Below are positions 37,779 through 49,938 of a stretch of DNA of 64,000 nt, one piece after another. Position numbers and translations under genes: made by a program. The stretch's first letter is position 1. Each line of letters begins with the position of its first letter. This stretch comes from Phoronis australis (Eukaryota > Animalia > Phoronida), in the NCBI GenBank assembly GCA_002633005.1, contig NMRA01000076.1:932748-996747 (forward strand). The letters are read 5' to 3'. The notes under the pieces were generated by a model. That model was not told the DNA's origin and searched no databases. It saw only the letters and a program-made list of their open reading frames with translations.

Positions 37779-37930
37779 GGGCTTCCGTCGCGTGAGCACT
37801 GACTTGACCTCGAGACAGCACAGTTGGGGTTCGTCCCCGCTTGAATGAACGTGGATTTGGAGTTCGCCGCTGAAGATGGGTCCCGTTAAGAAGCTGTTTG
37901 CATGTCCTTCCTACTGGGAGAACGTACAAT
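37779..37930 (+). mobile_element. Possible tRNA-derived SINE remnant
   Basis: GC-rich head with B-box-like GGGGTTCGTCCCCG (about 37826-37839); degenerate. Confidence 0.3.
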
Positions 37931-38590
37931 TTCTAGAGTCCTTTGTCTCTAGTAATTTCTCTAAATTTTAGTCTAAACAATACCCTCAGAATGATCTGTA
38001 CATGTTTCTTGGGAGTTAAGAGGGGGGGGGGGAACTCTTTGGACACAATGCATCAAAGTTTTGAAAATTAGAAAAAAGTCAAGCCTGCTTAATTGGATTT
38101 TTTCTCCGCCAAATGAATCTTCTTTTTGAATGAAAAAATCTCAAAGGGGGTCATAAACGTCAAAAATATTATTTTTTCCTCGTACAACTTTTGCACCGTT
38201 TGGATTACTGCGACAACAAATAATTATGTGAAGCTCCAATGGCGCGACAAAAACGCCAGGCTATAAAAGTGCTTTACGTTGTCGCGGTACTGCGGGGAAA
38301 TACAGCGAAATTCGAGTGTCGCTGTGTAATGCGGGACGGTCCTATTAGAAACAGAATTCTGAGATAACTTAATTTTTATCTTAAAGGGCACAGAACTATT
38401 CTCACTGGGTTTTGCCTAGCAGGACGCACATACAATGTAGATGGACTTGTCATCTTTTCTTCTTGAAGATGAATACATCTGCAGCCGAACAAGTGGTCTT
38501 TGTCAGTACCAACATGTTCGAAAAGTACAAACAAACTAGATTCATTGAGCTTACATGCAACGCCTACCTCACAACTGCCCCCAAGCCTGG

Positions 38591-38642
38591 CCTTGGCAAG
38601 AATTTATTTTTTTGGCCCTTGGCAAGAATTTATTTTTTGGCC
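38591..38642. repeat. About 26-bp tandem duplication
   Basis: ccttggcaagaatttatttttt(t)ggc occurs twice in tandem. Confidence 0.8.
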
Positions 38643-39654
38643 CTGTAATTTGGACGCTGCTGCAACTTGCTTGTTCAGTGCCAACCAGGAACGCAGCCAC
38701 TCACTGCTACAAAACTGACATCTATTGTAAAGATAACACAACATATTCAAAGACTTTAGAGCACACTGATGTTCTTGCAAGAGCATAAAATGGACGTCCC
38801 ATTTCATTCTCTGCTAGTAGCTGGAGCTGATCTGGAGCGCGTAACGTACAGCTGCTTCCTAGGGAGAAAAGCATGACCTCCCAACATCTCTCAAAATCAC
38901 GAAAGCGAAAAACGACAGTTTCGGGAATAGGCTCGGGAGATTACCAGCCTGTTCTTGCAAAATGGCGGCCACTGAAGTAAGTGATAGGTTGGTGTGGTTG
39001 GAGGGCTGAAATGTGAGATTGAATTCATTATTTCCAATCTACAAGTGAGCATCTATGATCGGCATATTCACCGAATAATATGTAAATGATATGTGCGTCA
39101 CAAGCTCGTTACCGGAGATGGAAATGAGACCGTGGTAGGCAATATAAGGTCATTTATTATGACTCATACAATAACAAGTAATGAATAGCGAATCAAATGA
39201 GTAAAATACAAAACATATAATCGCTGGTGAGATGGACAATAAAAAGCGCCGGCCACGTGGAGGGTGGGAAAATGTAGAAATTTTGGGAAGTATGTAAATG
39301 TGGCCGGCACAATGAAGATGAACTGAAACACGAGATTATACAAACAAAAGAGGTGCCTAAGGGCACGTGACAATCATCAGCCTATGTAAGCCAAGAGCTG
39401 ACCAAACTGATTAGGGCACGTGATAGCAATAGACCAATAGAAGGCTGGAAAACGACTTGCAGTCCTAAACAAAGGAATTAGTGGACTGGGCAGAAATGTG
39501 GAGGAAAACGAATAGGACGGGTCCATATGCGCATACAAATATATTTAAGAGTGAAATATAATTTTTCGTGGTTAATGCAAGCTACTGTCTTAGAAACGTA
39601 ATTAAGTCGTCCCATGACAATTTTGAGACAAGTCAATGCTGTGATGCAACGACG

Positions 39655-39656
<2 letters not shown>

Positions 39657-39714
<58 letters not shown>
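39657..39714. repeat. (TA)n microsatellite
   Basis: Directly visible tandem repeat. Confidence 0.95.
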
Positions 39715-39716
<2 letters not shown>

Positions 39717-39849
39717 TTATCCCACACACTTATGTTATAACTACATATATTCCCCTGAGAATGTCCCAACGACACCAAGAAGCATAGACGTGCCCTTAAT
39801 GACCAGCAGCTTTGTCTCTATAACATCTGCAGAGGCCAAGTAGTTACAG

Positions 39850-42800
39850 ACATCGTGATTGTTCAAAACGAACTTGTCAATGGAAGTGAGCAGAGCAGTC
39901 AGTTTTCTAGTTTTGTTAAGCAGTGAATGTTACAAAGGAAAAAGTCAAAACAACGGAGTTGCTAAAGAAGCCTGTCCCTGTTAGAGGAAGACGCTGTTCA
40001 GTTGCCTGTTAGTTGTAGGACAGCAGCCTAACATTTGACATAGCTGATGTCTTTCAGTGCGAGTTTATCGAGTCAATTCTCTAGGCCCCTGATCGATGAA
40101 TATGGCAGCCAGGGGAAAGGTGACAAAGCCATTTTGGTCAAATCTCTAAGTGTCTCTGTCACGAATCATTCTGGTCCAGACGTGGTGTTGATTGATGCTG
40201 GCCAGCTGCTGTACCAGATCGTCTGGATTGTCTCTAGAACAAGAGATTTGGTTGCACGTTTCGACACGGGACTGGTCCCATGTCCCCCTTTGTAAGAAAA
40301 TTATTCTGAATGAAAGCTTTGACCACAAGGATCCCTAAACAAAGGACCAAGAGAGGATAAGGCGAGGAAAAGCTAAAGAAACCCTGCTAACCTCAAACAT
40401 CAATCCTTTGCCGGGAAAACAACGCTATGTTCAACTGTCATCCAACTGTATGCAACGATTCTCTTCCACAAAGCATAGAGCTGGCCAGGAAGAGACATCG
40501 CCCATGCTGAAGCAGACATCACATTTTGTAGGTAAGTCTAGTTGTTGAAAGCCGTGAACGAAGGCGACTACACCATCAGAACCCTGTGACAACACTTTAG
40601 GCACCGTTTTCTTGGTCGATGGGACATCAAAGACATCAAGTTGATGCCAAGATTCAAATGGAGAAGTGGGACGGTATCATTTCGGACATAATGAAACAGT
40701 TCAGAAATTAGGTCCCAGAAAGTGCAGCAGTTTCTTGAAATACACACAATGACAGGTTGCGTGCGACACTGTGCTATCCCTTTGGAAAGAGAAAGGTGAC
40801 GACTGCAGTGCAAAAAGACAATGCATGCAGTGACAGACGTTGCCAGTTGCAACAGTGCTGGCCTGTCCTGCACGAACTATTACAGGTGAGAGGAGGGGAT
40901 GTTTTGCTGCATAAGGTGAACTAGAAAACAGGAAGACACTGAAGATGGTGAAATACGAGCATATGTGAGCGTCGATCAGGTATGCACCTATACTTGTACA
41001 TTAACATTACAGATGTCTAAACCTAAATTCAAACGTGATATTACCAATCACTCTACATGTTTGTGCATATTGAACTTAAATAAAAATTGAAGCTATGTAG
41101 TTGCAGTAACTCCACAACATAACAACGCTCAGATGCTTAGTTCAATATTTATGTGGGACGCTTAATATTGTGACTTCGTTTATTAAGATCGGGGTCCAGT
41201 ATTTGACAATTCATTTACAATTCTAAAGCAGAGCAAATACGTGATCATGGGCCTGCATGTAACAGGTACAATTTACATACACAAAGTCTACGTATATATA
41301 ACCTGTAAGGACTACACGTATATCCCTATTCACAAAGCACACGCGATATTGTTACCTCGTTTATTGAGTATTTTGGAGGATATCTAATTCCAGTATTTAG
41401 CTATCCATTATTCTTAACATGGTGGGACCAGAAAAGAAATCAAAAGATGTTGATTTAACATTTTCAATTGAACATTTCGCCCGCCAAAAGAGGTGAATTT
41501 CCTTATTTCAGTTCAACTTGACCATTCAACATCTAAGTTGATCTTGAGTTTGACCTTGAATCTATAAAATAATTCCAAAAAATGAACTCTCCGAACCAGA
41601 AAAAATTACAAACGATACATAGCAGGCTCCTGCAAGACATCATGTTCAGAAGATGGAAATTGGGTGAAATTCATGACGACGGATACTGCCATCTTGAAAT
41701 TGCTTAAGGTTGCACAAAGTTCAACCAAGTTAACTTTGTTCTCCAAGCCTCATGTATTAAAGGAGCATGCCACCCAAAAAACAACCTAATTTGTATCAAT
41801 TTAGATCGAGTAGTTCTACTCCATAACGGCAAGTACGGTTGCGTTACCTGACACCTGACATCATCGGTTTCACACGCAGTCTGTTCAGCAGTTCACAACA
41901 TGGGTTACTGGTGTCAGCTTATCGCTTGAATTCATCGTTTAACACCAATAAATCATCAAACTTCGATGTAAAACCCTTAAAACTACACAAAGTTCTTATA
42001 AAAACGTGTTGTTTTATTTCGCTGTTTCGGATTTATTGGTATTTAGACACACCGTAGCCTCCAAAGTTCGGCAGGCCAATAAGGTCCGTACCAGGAGTTT
42101 GGGGTCTGTTCGGAGACAAATTCGAAGTATTTTCCGTGAGATACAGACAGGAGAACCCCAATCTGTGTCGTTTAGACTTGTGATTTTTTGAGTTCTAAAC
42201 ACACGAAACGCTTGTTATCCTGGCAAGTGGCTCGGAGCCCGATCAGGCCCGTCGCGGCCGGCCGGATTGACTCGTTTATCCCGGCCAGTGGCTCGGAAAC
42301 TGATCAGACATCACCAACATAAACCAGCCAAAGTTGCTGAAACTAAACTTCCAGTCAAGAAAATACTATAATACTAGTGAGCCAAAGTAATAGCCATGTT
42401 GGTGAATTACCCACAAAACTGCAAATCTACTTACTGGCGTCGGGCGAAGCCGCGAATTTAGGTTCCGCTTTGGCCATAGCACCGTCAGGGCAGAAGTTGT
42501 ACATTGACAATCATTATTTTAATAATGTAAATGTAAATAAAGACTCCCCTAACACCAGGCCGTGGGGTGGAAATCGACTGAGTTGTTTCACAACAGTTTC
42601 TGCCAGCAAACACTAAATTAGTATGAGCTCACACGGCCTCGGTGTCCCGTCAATTAGTTTTATTGCACCTAAAGCCGGTAACTCAGTGATTTATTCATTG
42701 CTGGCTTCTCAAATCATTTGCACTCACGAATTCTCCAAAGGCATTACAAATTGCATCTAATGAGGCAGACCTTGTTTCAGTTTTATATAAGTATTGGTTA

Positions 42801-43483
42801 GGGTGAGAATAATTCATTTTGAAACAGAACGCTCAGTAATAAACATCATCATGGCAACTCGCAATCCCGACTTAGACGAGAGCTCATCAGTCGATCCTTA
42901 CGAAGACTTCTCAGGTGGATCGTTAAGTTTCACAGGCTATCAATTCGAACAGGAATACAGTGATGAAGAAATACTAGAGAGGCGACGTGAACAAGCTCAG
43001 ACAACGAAGCGTATGGATTGGATAGTTATTTGGTACGCCGGCATTCGTCAGGCACTGTCGACGACTGCAGGCCACAGACACGGAGATGTTTCACGGCCTC
43101 ATACTTGCTAGTTACAGCGTACTTTTCATTCTTCACTACCACGAGCCACTTCCTAAGCATTTCGGTCTCTCGAGGAAGTCGAAAAAAAAACAATAAACCC
43201 ACTTTCCTCGCAGCTGTATAGTTCGGACAAGCGGGAACGATGCACCGCAACATAGCGGCATTCACTCTGCAGATGAACCACTGAGGTCGCTAGCGTCGTT
43301 TCTCACCTTCCTCACAGGTTAACGCGACACCTCTTGGCAAGGTAAGGTCGACCGTATGCGAGGCGATGTGGATATAGACCGATTAAGACGGCAAAACAAG
43401 ACTAATTAAATCGGATGGCATTCTCCTTTAAATCCCCAAAAGAAAATTTTACATCGTTGCAGGATCAATATTTTGTCAACTAG
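39850..43483 (+). mobile_element. Degenerate Academ-like DNA transposon relic (XPG/FEN1-like nuclease motifs) hosting the Kolobok insertion
   Basis: Broken frames give VVLIDAGQLLYQIVW (about 40182-40226), HAEADIT (about 40503-40523) and HTMTGC/PFGKRKV (about 40743-40800), in the order of the XPG-like domain carried by AcademX elements. Possible terminal ...gtcaaCTA at 43483. Superfamily call is from recalled motifs; boundaries are approximate. Confidence 0.5.
41761..43427. mobile_element. Internally deleted Kolobok-type transposon (second family)
   Basis: TTAA flanks (41757-41760 and 43428-43431), TIR AGGAGCATGCCA / TGGCATTCTCCT (11/12 match). Carries a minus-strand THAP start (43253 down, CIVPAC...FFRLP...W...LRVCGL) and a plus-strand KolX-like start (42851, GYQFEQEYSDEE...RMDW). 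Confidence 0.85.
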
Positions 43484-44431
43484 ACCATAATAACCTGTGG
43501 GCATCATGAACTTTTCACCCATTACGCTGTCAACACAACTTTCGGGGGAATGAAAAATATATTACTCAATATGCGACGTTCTATTTTATGGACAGTCATA
43601 TGATAGCTCAATGAAGTTAACGACAAGATGGCGTATGAATGATTCGGTACAGCAGGTAATCAATTTTGAGCAATACTTGGTGCTTAATTCATGGCTTCTC
43701 AAAGCCGACGTATCCAAGTATTTGTCAAATTTAGAAGCAGACTAACGGAAGAATGACAATGTTTTAGCACAAGTAAGTACTGTAGTTTTGTTTACTTACA
43801 GAAAGGTACAAATACGTTTTTGTCAGCGCACTATTATTGCCCAGAGCGTTCAAAATTGTAAGCTATATCCAATTCGAAACTCGGAGTGTACCCCCGGAGT
43901 TATGATAACTGAAGATTGTTTGCATTGCCTTGTCATGTACCTATGTCAATATAGCACTTAGTGGATTGCAGCAAAGAGTAGGACAAAAGAAGAAATATCC
44001 CTCCAGAGCATAGACACTCGATAAAAGACCAAGACCAGACTGTGTCCTCAACACGTTCAACTACTTGTTTTGCATTGGATTGCATGAAATTTCAGGTATC
44101 TTCAACTGTGATCTCAGGTTTGGGTTTTGCGTGACATGAGCAGCATTGCTGAACAGTCGTGGCCAATGTGACCAAGGTTTTGATTTAAACCCTCGTGATA
44201 AAGTAATTGTAATCAAATTGTTCCTTAGTCAAAACAGGCTCCTTACTTGGGCTTGGAATGACACTTCGTTATTTGTGACAAGACTCTGCATGGCAATTTG
44301 ATGATATCACACGGCCTGTCAATTTTATTTTCCGACGGTGTGTGATAGCGAACTAGTAGTTTTTTGGTAAACCAAAAATCACCTGGCGTCTGAGCAAGGA
44401 ACGAGTTGAAGCCATACTTTAGCAACAGGGC

Positions 44432-46024
44432 ATGGAGGTATTACGAAAAGAAGACGACACTTTCAAAGGTCGCGTGAAAGAATTCTGTGAAAATACGTCA
44501 GCACACGCTATAGGACACACTGTTGGCACGGGCAACAAGGTAAAGACAACATTTTGGATTATTGTGTTCGTCGCCGCATTAACCGGGTGTGTGTTTAACA
44601 TAGCGTATGTTTTCTCGTCGTATTTAAGCTACAGTTTTAGTGTGAAATCGAAAAACGTTTTTCGACCCCGGCTAATGAAGTTCCCAAGTGTAACGGTCTG
44701 TAACTTGAATCCAATTAGCTTCTCAAAACAAGACAAGTTTATTGACGAATTTAGACGTAACATAGGATTATCAGATCAAGATTGTGACAACGAGTTTGAG
44801 AGACCAGAAATGTTCCGCTCGCCGTTACTGCAAATATATCGGCAAGCAGCGTTGCCAAAACATTGGTTTGAGTACAACGAGAATGTTACGGATATGCTTG
44901 GTCATTCCAAACGAGATTTTATTGTGGAATGCTTATTTGAAGGCTGGCCTGGTTGTGAGAATAGATTTATTGTAACTAAAGATCCAAATTTGTATAACTG
45001 CTATACATTCCAACCACCAGAGGATTACGAGGCAACTCTACTAGGTTTGGAAATGGGACTGTCGTTCACGCTATTTCTAGAGAATACAGCTCAACACTAC
45101 CCTTCCGGCGTTACTGGTTTCAAGACAAACTCGTACGGTTATGGAGATGTGGGAGTTAAAGTGGTGCTTCACAATTCGGGTACGCACCCTCTTCCTCATT
45201 CTCAAGGAGTAATAGTGGAAGTCGGTAAAACCAATAACTTTGTTTTTCGTCCGGTGCACACTAGCGCCATTGTTCCACCACATCCATCGCCATGCAATCC
45301 ACTGAAGACAATTAATTCCAGCACTGGTAACAGTTTCACCTACAGTCAAGAGTTGTGCGTTATTAATTGTTATCAAAACGCTCTGGCAGAAAAGTGTGGT
45401 TGTGTAGCAATGGAGGATGTACCTGATAAATTTGGAAACGATGTACCTTTTTGCGGAGCCTACCCATGTAATGCAACCAAAATCACGGAGAACTACCAAT
45501 GTTTCGAAAAATTTTTATTAAGCTACCTGTACGAAGGTGACCCAAACTGCGATTACTGTACAAAACCTTGCAAGGAAGTAAAATATGAAACCAGCACATT
45601 TCAGTCAAAATGGCCGTCAACTTTGCAGCTTCCGGAAGTTTTAAATTTGCTAAAAACAAAACCTAACAATACAATTTACAATGAAATTTTACGAAATATA
45701 ACGTCTGAAGAAATTCCTCGTTTCATAGAAAATAATTTCTTACGTATAAATGTCTATTTCACAGACTATCATATACGTATGGATACAGAAACATTGGACA
45801 CTGACTGGTTCGCTTTGTTCTCTAATATTGGAGGAGCGTTTGGTTTCTGGGTAGGGATTTCCATTGTGACTGGATTTGAGATATTGGAGTTGATTCTTGA
45901 CGTCATCATAATTGCTGTCAACAGGTGGTGCCTGAAGAAAAAGAATTTAGCGCAGTCACCAAAAGCAACCAGTGACACTGGAGTTATAGGAGTTAATAAT
46001 AGCGTCTTTTCTCGTGGTTCTTAA
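44432..46024 (+). CDS. DEG/ENaC family sodium channel, FaNaC-like, paralog 3 (530 aa)
   Basis: FCENTSAHAIG, FPSVTVCNLNP, WFEYNENVT, thumb cysteines, IENNFLRINVYF, LFSNIGGAFGFWVGISIVTGFE. Start context ggcATGG. No internal stops. Confidence 0.95.
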   Translation: MEVLRKEDDTFKGRVKEFCENTSAHAIGHTVGTGNKVKTTFWIIVFVAALTGCVFNIAYVFSSYLSYSFSVKSKNVFRPRLMKFPSVTVCNLNPISFSKQDKFIDEFRRNIGLSDQDCDNEFERPEMFRSPLLQIYRQAALPKHWFEYNENVTDMLGHSKRDFIVECLFEGWPGCENRFIVTKDPNLYNCYTFQPPEDYEATLLGLEMGLSFTLFLENTAQHYPSGVTGFKTNSYGYGDVGVKVVLHNSGTHPLPHSQGVIVEVGKTNNFVFRPVHTSAIVPPHPSPCNPLKTINSSTGNSFTYSQELCVINCYQNALAEKCGCVAMEDVPDKFGNDVPFCGAYPCNATKITENYQCFEKFLLSYLYEGDPNCDYCTKPCKEVKYETSTFQSKWPSTLQLPEVLNLLKTKPNNTIYNEILRNITSEEIPRFIENNFLRINVYFTDYHIRMDTETLDTDWFALFSNIGGAFGFWVGISIVTGFEILELILDVIIIAVNRWCLKKKNLAQSPKATSDTGVIGVNNSVFSRGS

Positions 46025-46443
46025 TCTACGATGTCCGTCTAAACACCTTATTGAGACTATTAACATGTTTCACTAGAGGTTGGCACCTGATTATATTTTG
46101 AATTTATAGTGCTCGGTGAATCTTATTTTATTTAGCTAAAGTCATTTGTTTATGTAGTAAAATTGGTAGAAATAATGAACAAAATGTCGTTTGACGCCAT
46201 AATATACCACGCAAAGATAAAAAAAAATCATTGTTGTTCAATTGTACGTCTTGACACAAGTAACATTCACCTCCTTTGTCCACAGTCTTGACCTTCTAAA
46301 GTCGGTTTTCAAGATGTTTGATTTGAAAGTATTCATTATTGAATTACGTTTTCTGCTTGTGCTGTCGCCATTTGTTTCACCATAGTTTGAATACAGCTTT
46401 CAATAGTCATAGCGGTAGCTGGGTGATTTGCACCTTACGTTAA

Positions 46444-47093
46444 GGTCCTGTCACCGTTCGGCTTATTCTAGTTTTTTGTGCATTGACATTTCTTTCATAC
46501 GCAGTCGTGCGCACAATGAGCACCTTATATGCTTCTAATTCTTTTTGTGCTAGTTTATGTGCTAAGTACGGACCAGTAGGCCTTGTAATTTTAGGCGTAT
46601 ATGAACTAAAACTACGCTGCGCTTGCTCTTATGCCGAACGCACGTTGTAGATGCGCAGTCAAAGCACCGGTCTCCCGTCGAGAAAACGCACTTCGACTAC
46701 GCTGTTTTCATTGGGAATAATCAGCTCACACACGGTAATACGTTGATCTCTTTGCACGAGGCATGGACCGCGTATATTGGACATATAAAAGTTGCGTACT
46801 TGCTGCGTAAACACAACATACGGTGAACGAACTCATAACGAATGCCAACCTATTGCATCAGGCATGCGACCAGCATAAGTTACATTGCACATAACATAAG
46901 GTAGCTATTCACAGCAAGAAAAAGTGTTGCGCACTGCATACACAAATTATGCGTACGATTCGTTGTCTTTTAGGTATATAGTTGTCCATCGCGAATAAAC
47001 TAAATGGTTGAAATTTTGGGAAAGTGGCTGCATACTAATTTTCCTATAAGAGACACGTGAGGATTTGATATACGCAAAAGGTGTGACAGGGCC
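46444..47093. mobile_element. Non-autonomous TIR element (GGYCCTGTCAC ends, TTAA flanks)
   Basis: ttaa|ggtcctgtcac ... gtgacagggcc|ttaa. Harbinger (TWA target) or Kolobok (TTAA target) cannot be distinguished here. Confidence 0.65.
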
Positions 47094-47995
47094 TTAACAT
47101 GAAATCAGCGCTTTCTGGTAATATAATTGTTCAAAAAGTGGCCGACTTTTCACCGTTACATAAAAAATCCACGTATCTGATTTAAATCAAACATATAACT
47201 CTTTTGCTTTCTATAAAAATCGTTTCAATCAACTTGTAAGCACGTGTATCCATTTTGTTGTGAAAACTGTTGTATTAAACATGCAAAGCCTTCTATATTT
47301 CCTTAAAGTCATCTCATTTATCTGAACTACGTGTTATACCCTTATACCTCACAATTTGCTCAGCTTTCTAAAGATGGATGACATTTATGAAGTCTGACGG
47401 TGCTTCTTAGCAGAAGAATGCGCAAAAGGTATAGAATAGGAGAATATAATTACTCAATTGTGTATTGTAAATCTCGTCACAAACTTCACAGTTTTAAGTG
47501 GACAGAATTTGAACAAGATTCTTTTAACCAACTATTTGTCAACAACCACAATTTAAGTTTTATATTACATAGATTTAATATCACAGGTACATTTTTACTT
47601 CTAGCTTTTGAATTGTGAAGCAAAGCCAAGATGTTAAAAGACATAATACACAGTCACCGGAATTTCACTCTGTACTTCTCGTTCCTAAGTCTGCAAGTAA
47701 ACTTTACAAAGGCAATGGCTTTTGTTGCAACTCGCCGAACCCTGGATTATCTTTGCTGATACTCGGCATGCCTTTTTCATAATTAATGAGCCTGGTTAGT
47801 AATGACGGAACCCCTATCCTGCTGTGGGTGAGCACACTGTAGCCAAGCCAATTATCAGTGCTGTGGGTGAGTTCAGGTAATAACCCAGTATACAGCTGTA
47901 GCGGTGGCCTACTAAGCTCAGCATACAGGGGGAGAAGTCCTACTAAGTAGAGGCTCAGCAGGACTACTATTCTTACCGCCACAAATCCTGCCTCC

Positions 47996-48135
47996 CGTTC
48001 AGTAACGCTAGCCCCTTGCTAAACAGCAGCACTTCGCGAGATTACGAGAGATATGGCCGTGTATTATAAAAGAGAACACGTGACGTGGACTAGATTTTAA
48101 CTACGTCCTGGCGTAGGTCCTAGCGTTACTGAACG
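47996..48135. repeat. 16-bp perfect inverted repeat enclosing 108 bp
   Basis: CGTTCAGTAACGCTAG (47996-48011) / CTAGCGTTACTGAACG (48120-48135). Confidence 0.6.
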
Positions 48136-49269
48136 CATGCCAGTATACTGACGTGATTTCATTTCTTTCCTCTACTCGTAATTCAGCAAATGTATTAATT
48201 ACTGTTCAAACAGATACATATATTAAACACAGCGGGATTACGGCGAGCGGTACTAGTGCACGGGCACACAGTCAAACGTCCATTGAAAAATTTCTTTTGT
48301 GCATGATCGTACCTATTATTTACGCCGCATATTTTGTCATTTCACAGATACTGCCTTACTCACCTCATTGGCAAATAACATTAAAAACAAACACTTGTTC
48401 AAATGCCACCGTGTCGACTTGAAGCGTGAAAGGGCATCTGACGTCATTATGGAAATATTCCTACGTTGACACCGTAACCGGTCGAAAGTGGGCAACTCAG
48501 AATCTCTAGATCAAAGACAGCATTCTGTTGTGCTTAATTAAATTGCCTTAGGCTGCTGATGTCATAGTTCTCTAGATGAGACCCACCATAAACACATTGG
48601 GGGCCACAATAGTATTTTAAAATTTTAGTTTGGGAAGTTTGTAAATATCATATTTGAATAGTTCGTGAAAAGCACACGTGATAGCTTTTTGAATTTTGAA
48701 AATTTGGACAAGAAAAGTGAGTTATACAACGTTTGTTTAATGTTGCAATAACCTTCCTTGTTAATTCTGCTGTTCATGTGCAGCATGGTTGGACCAATTA
48801 CCACACAACCAGCAGCAGTTGCAATTTGAGGTAAGGCAATTGTCATCGTACAATTATCGGCATGATGATACAGAAAAAATCTGTACCCAGCAGTTACGAA
48901 TGTTACATACCACCAATAACGGAAAACATTTGCCTTTGAAATTATACAACAACTGACTATCACCGAAGTCAATACGTTGGCTTTCAGACCCCAAAACCTA
49001 GACCGAGGCAGAGAAATATATAGTATTGTATAATTTGGTCTGATCGAGGTTGTTTTGACAATGTACTATAATCGACATGAAATGGCTTATGAAAGCCTTT
49101 TGAGCTCGATGACCGACTCGGTAGTGGCTTGCAAATAAGAAGATCGTGCGATCGGGTCACGATCAGATCTGAATCTCTTAAGAAATCATTTTTTAAAAGA
49201 ACTTCAAGAGCATCGGTTAATACGAAAGTATTAGCGGTCAATCTATATAGGTTGTCACACAAATACAAT

Positions 49270-49938
49270 ATACACAAAACCTACCTCGATTGGCGTACAT
49301 GAAGTTATATCCACGAGACATTATTCCGCGTATCGATACATGGAATAATGTCGAGTGGGATATTACTTCATGTACACCAATCGAGGTACGTTTTGTATTT
49401 ATCCCATAGGCTTTGAATTAAGTTTCTTTCATTTTTTCTGTTCACGTGGCGGATCACATCCTATATGTAAGTACTTGCGCGTTAGGCTGCAAGTTTCCTC
49501 TAGTAAAAGAAACAATTTTAAATGTGACGATTTATTAAGATAAAAAAGATGAAAACAATGGTAACTTTTCTTCTGAAAGTAGTCAAATGACAACAATTTG
49601 ATATTGTACCGGAGGATTCGGCGCCTGGGTTGCAGACGATAAAATATTTAGCAAATGAAAACTGAGACAGAACTGTCATATAATCAACGGTGCTGTTCCA
49701 GATTTTACGTTGAAGACCTGGTTGCATGTCGAGCGTTAGTTACACTGCTGCAACTGTATTACTTTAAACTATATTCGGAAAGTTTGATGATCGAACCGGC
49801 TATCGAGTCGACATTGAACTTTTAAACTTTCCATGTCAGAGGTCGCTGTTGACGGAAGTAGTGCGGGAGGTGAATACGGAAAACTTTATTACATGGCCGT
49901 ATATCCCTCGACAGATTCAACGCGTATGGGTTAAATAC
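49270..49938. repeat. Interspersed repeat with long 5' hairpin, copy B
   Basis: About 125-bp near-perfect palindrome centred on GTATCGATAC (49330-49339); body homologous to copy A. Confidence 0.85.

Noticed and set aside
38958-38982. YY1-like AAAATGGCGGCC with an adjacent GTAAGT donor as a first exon or promoter
   Set aside because: A short motif with no linked downstream exon identified, lying in repeat-rich DNA.
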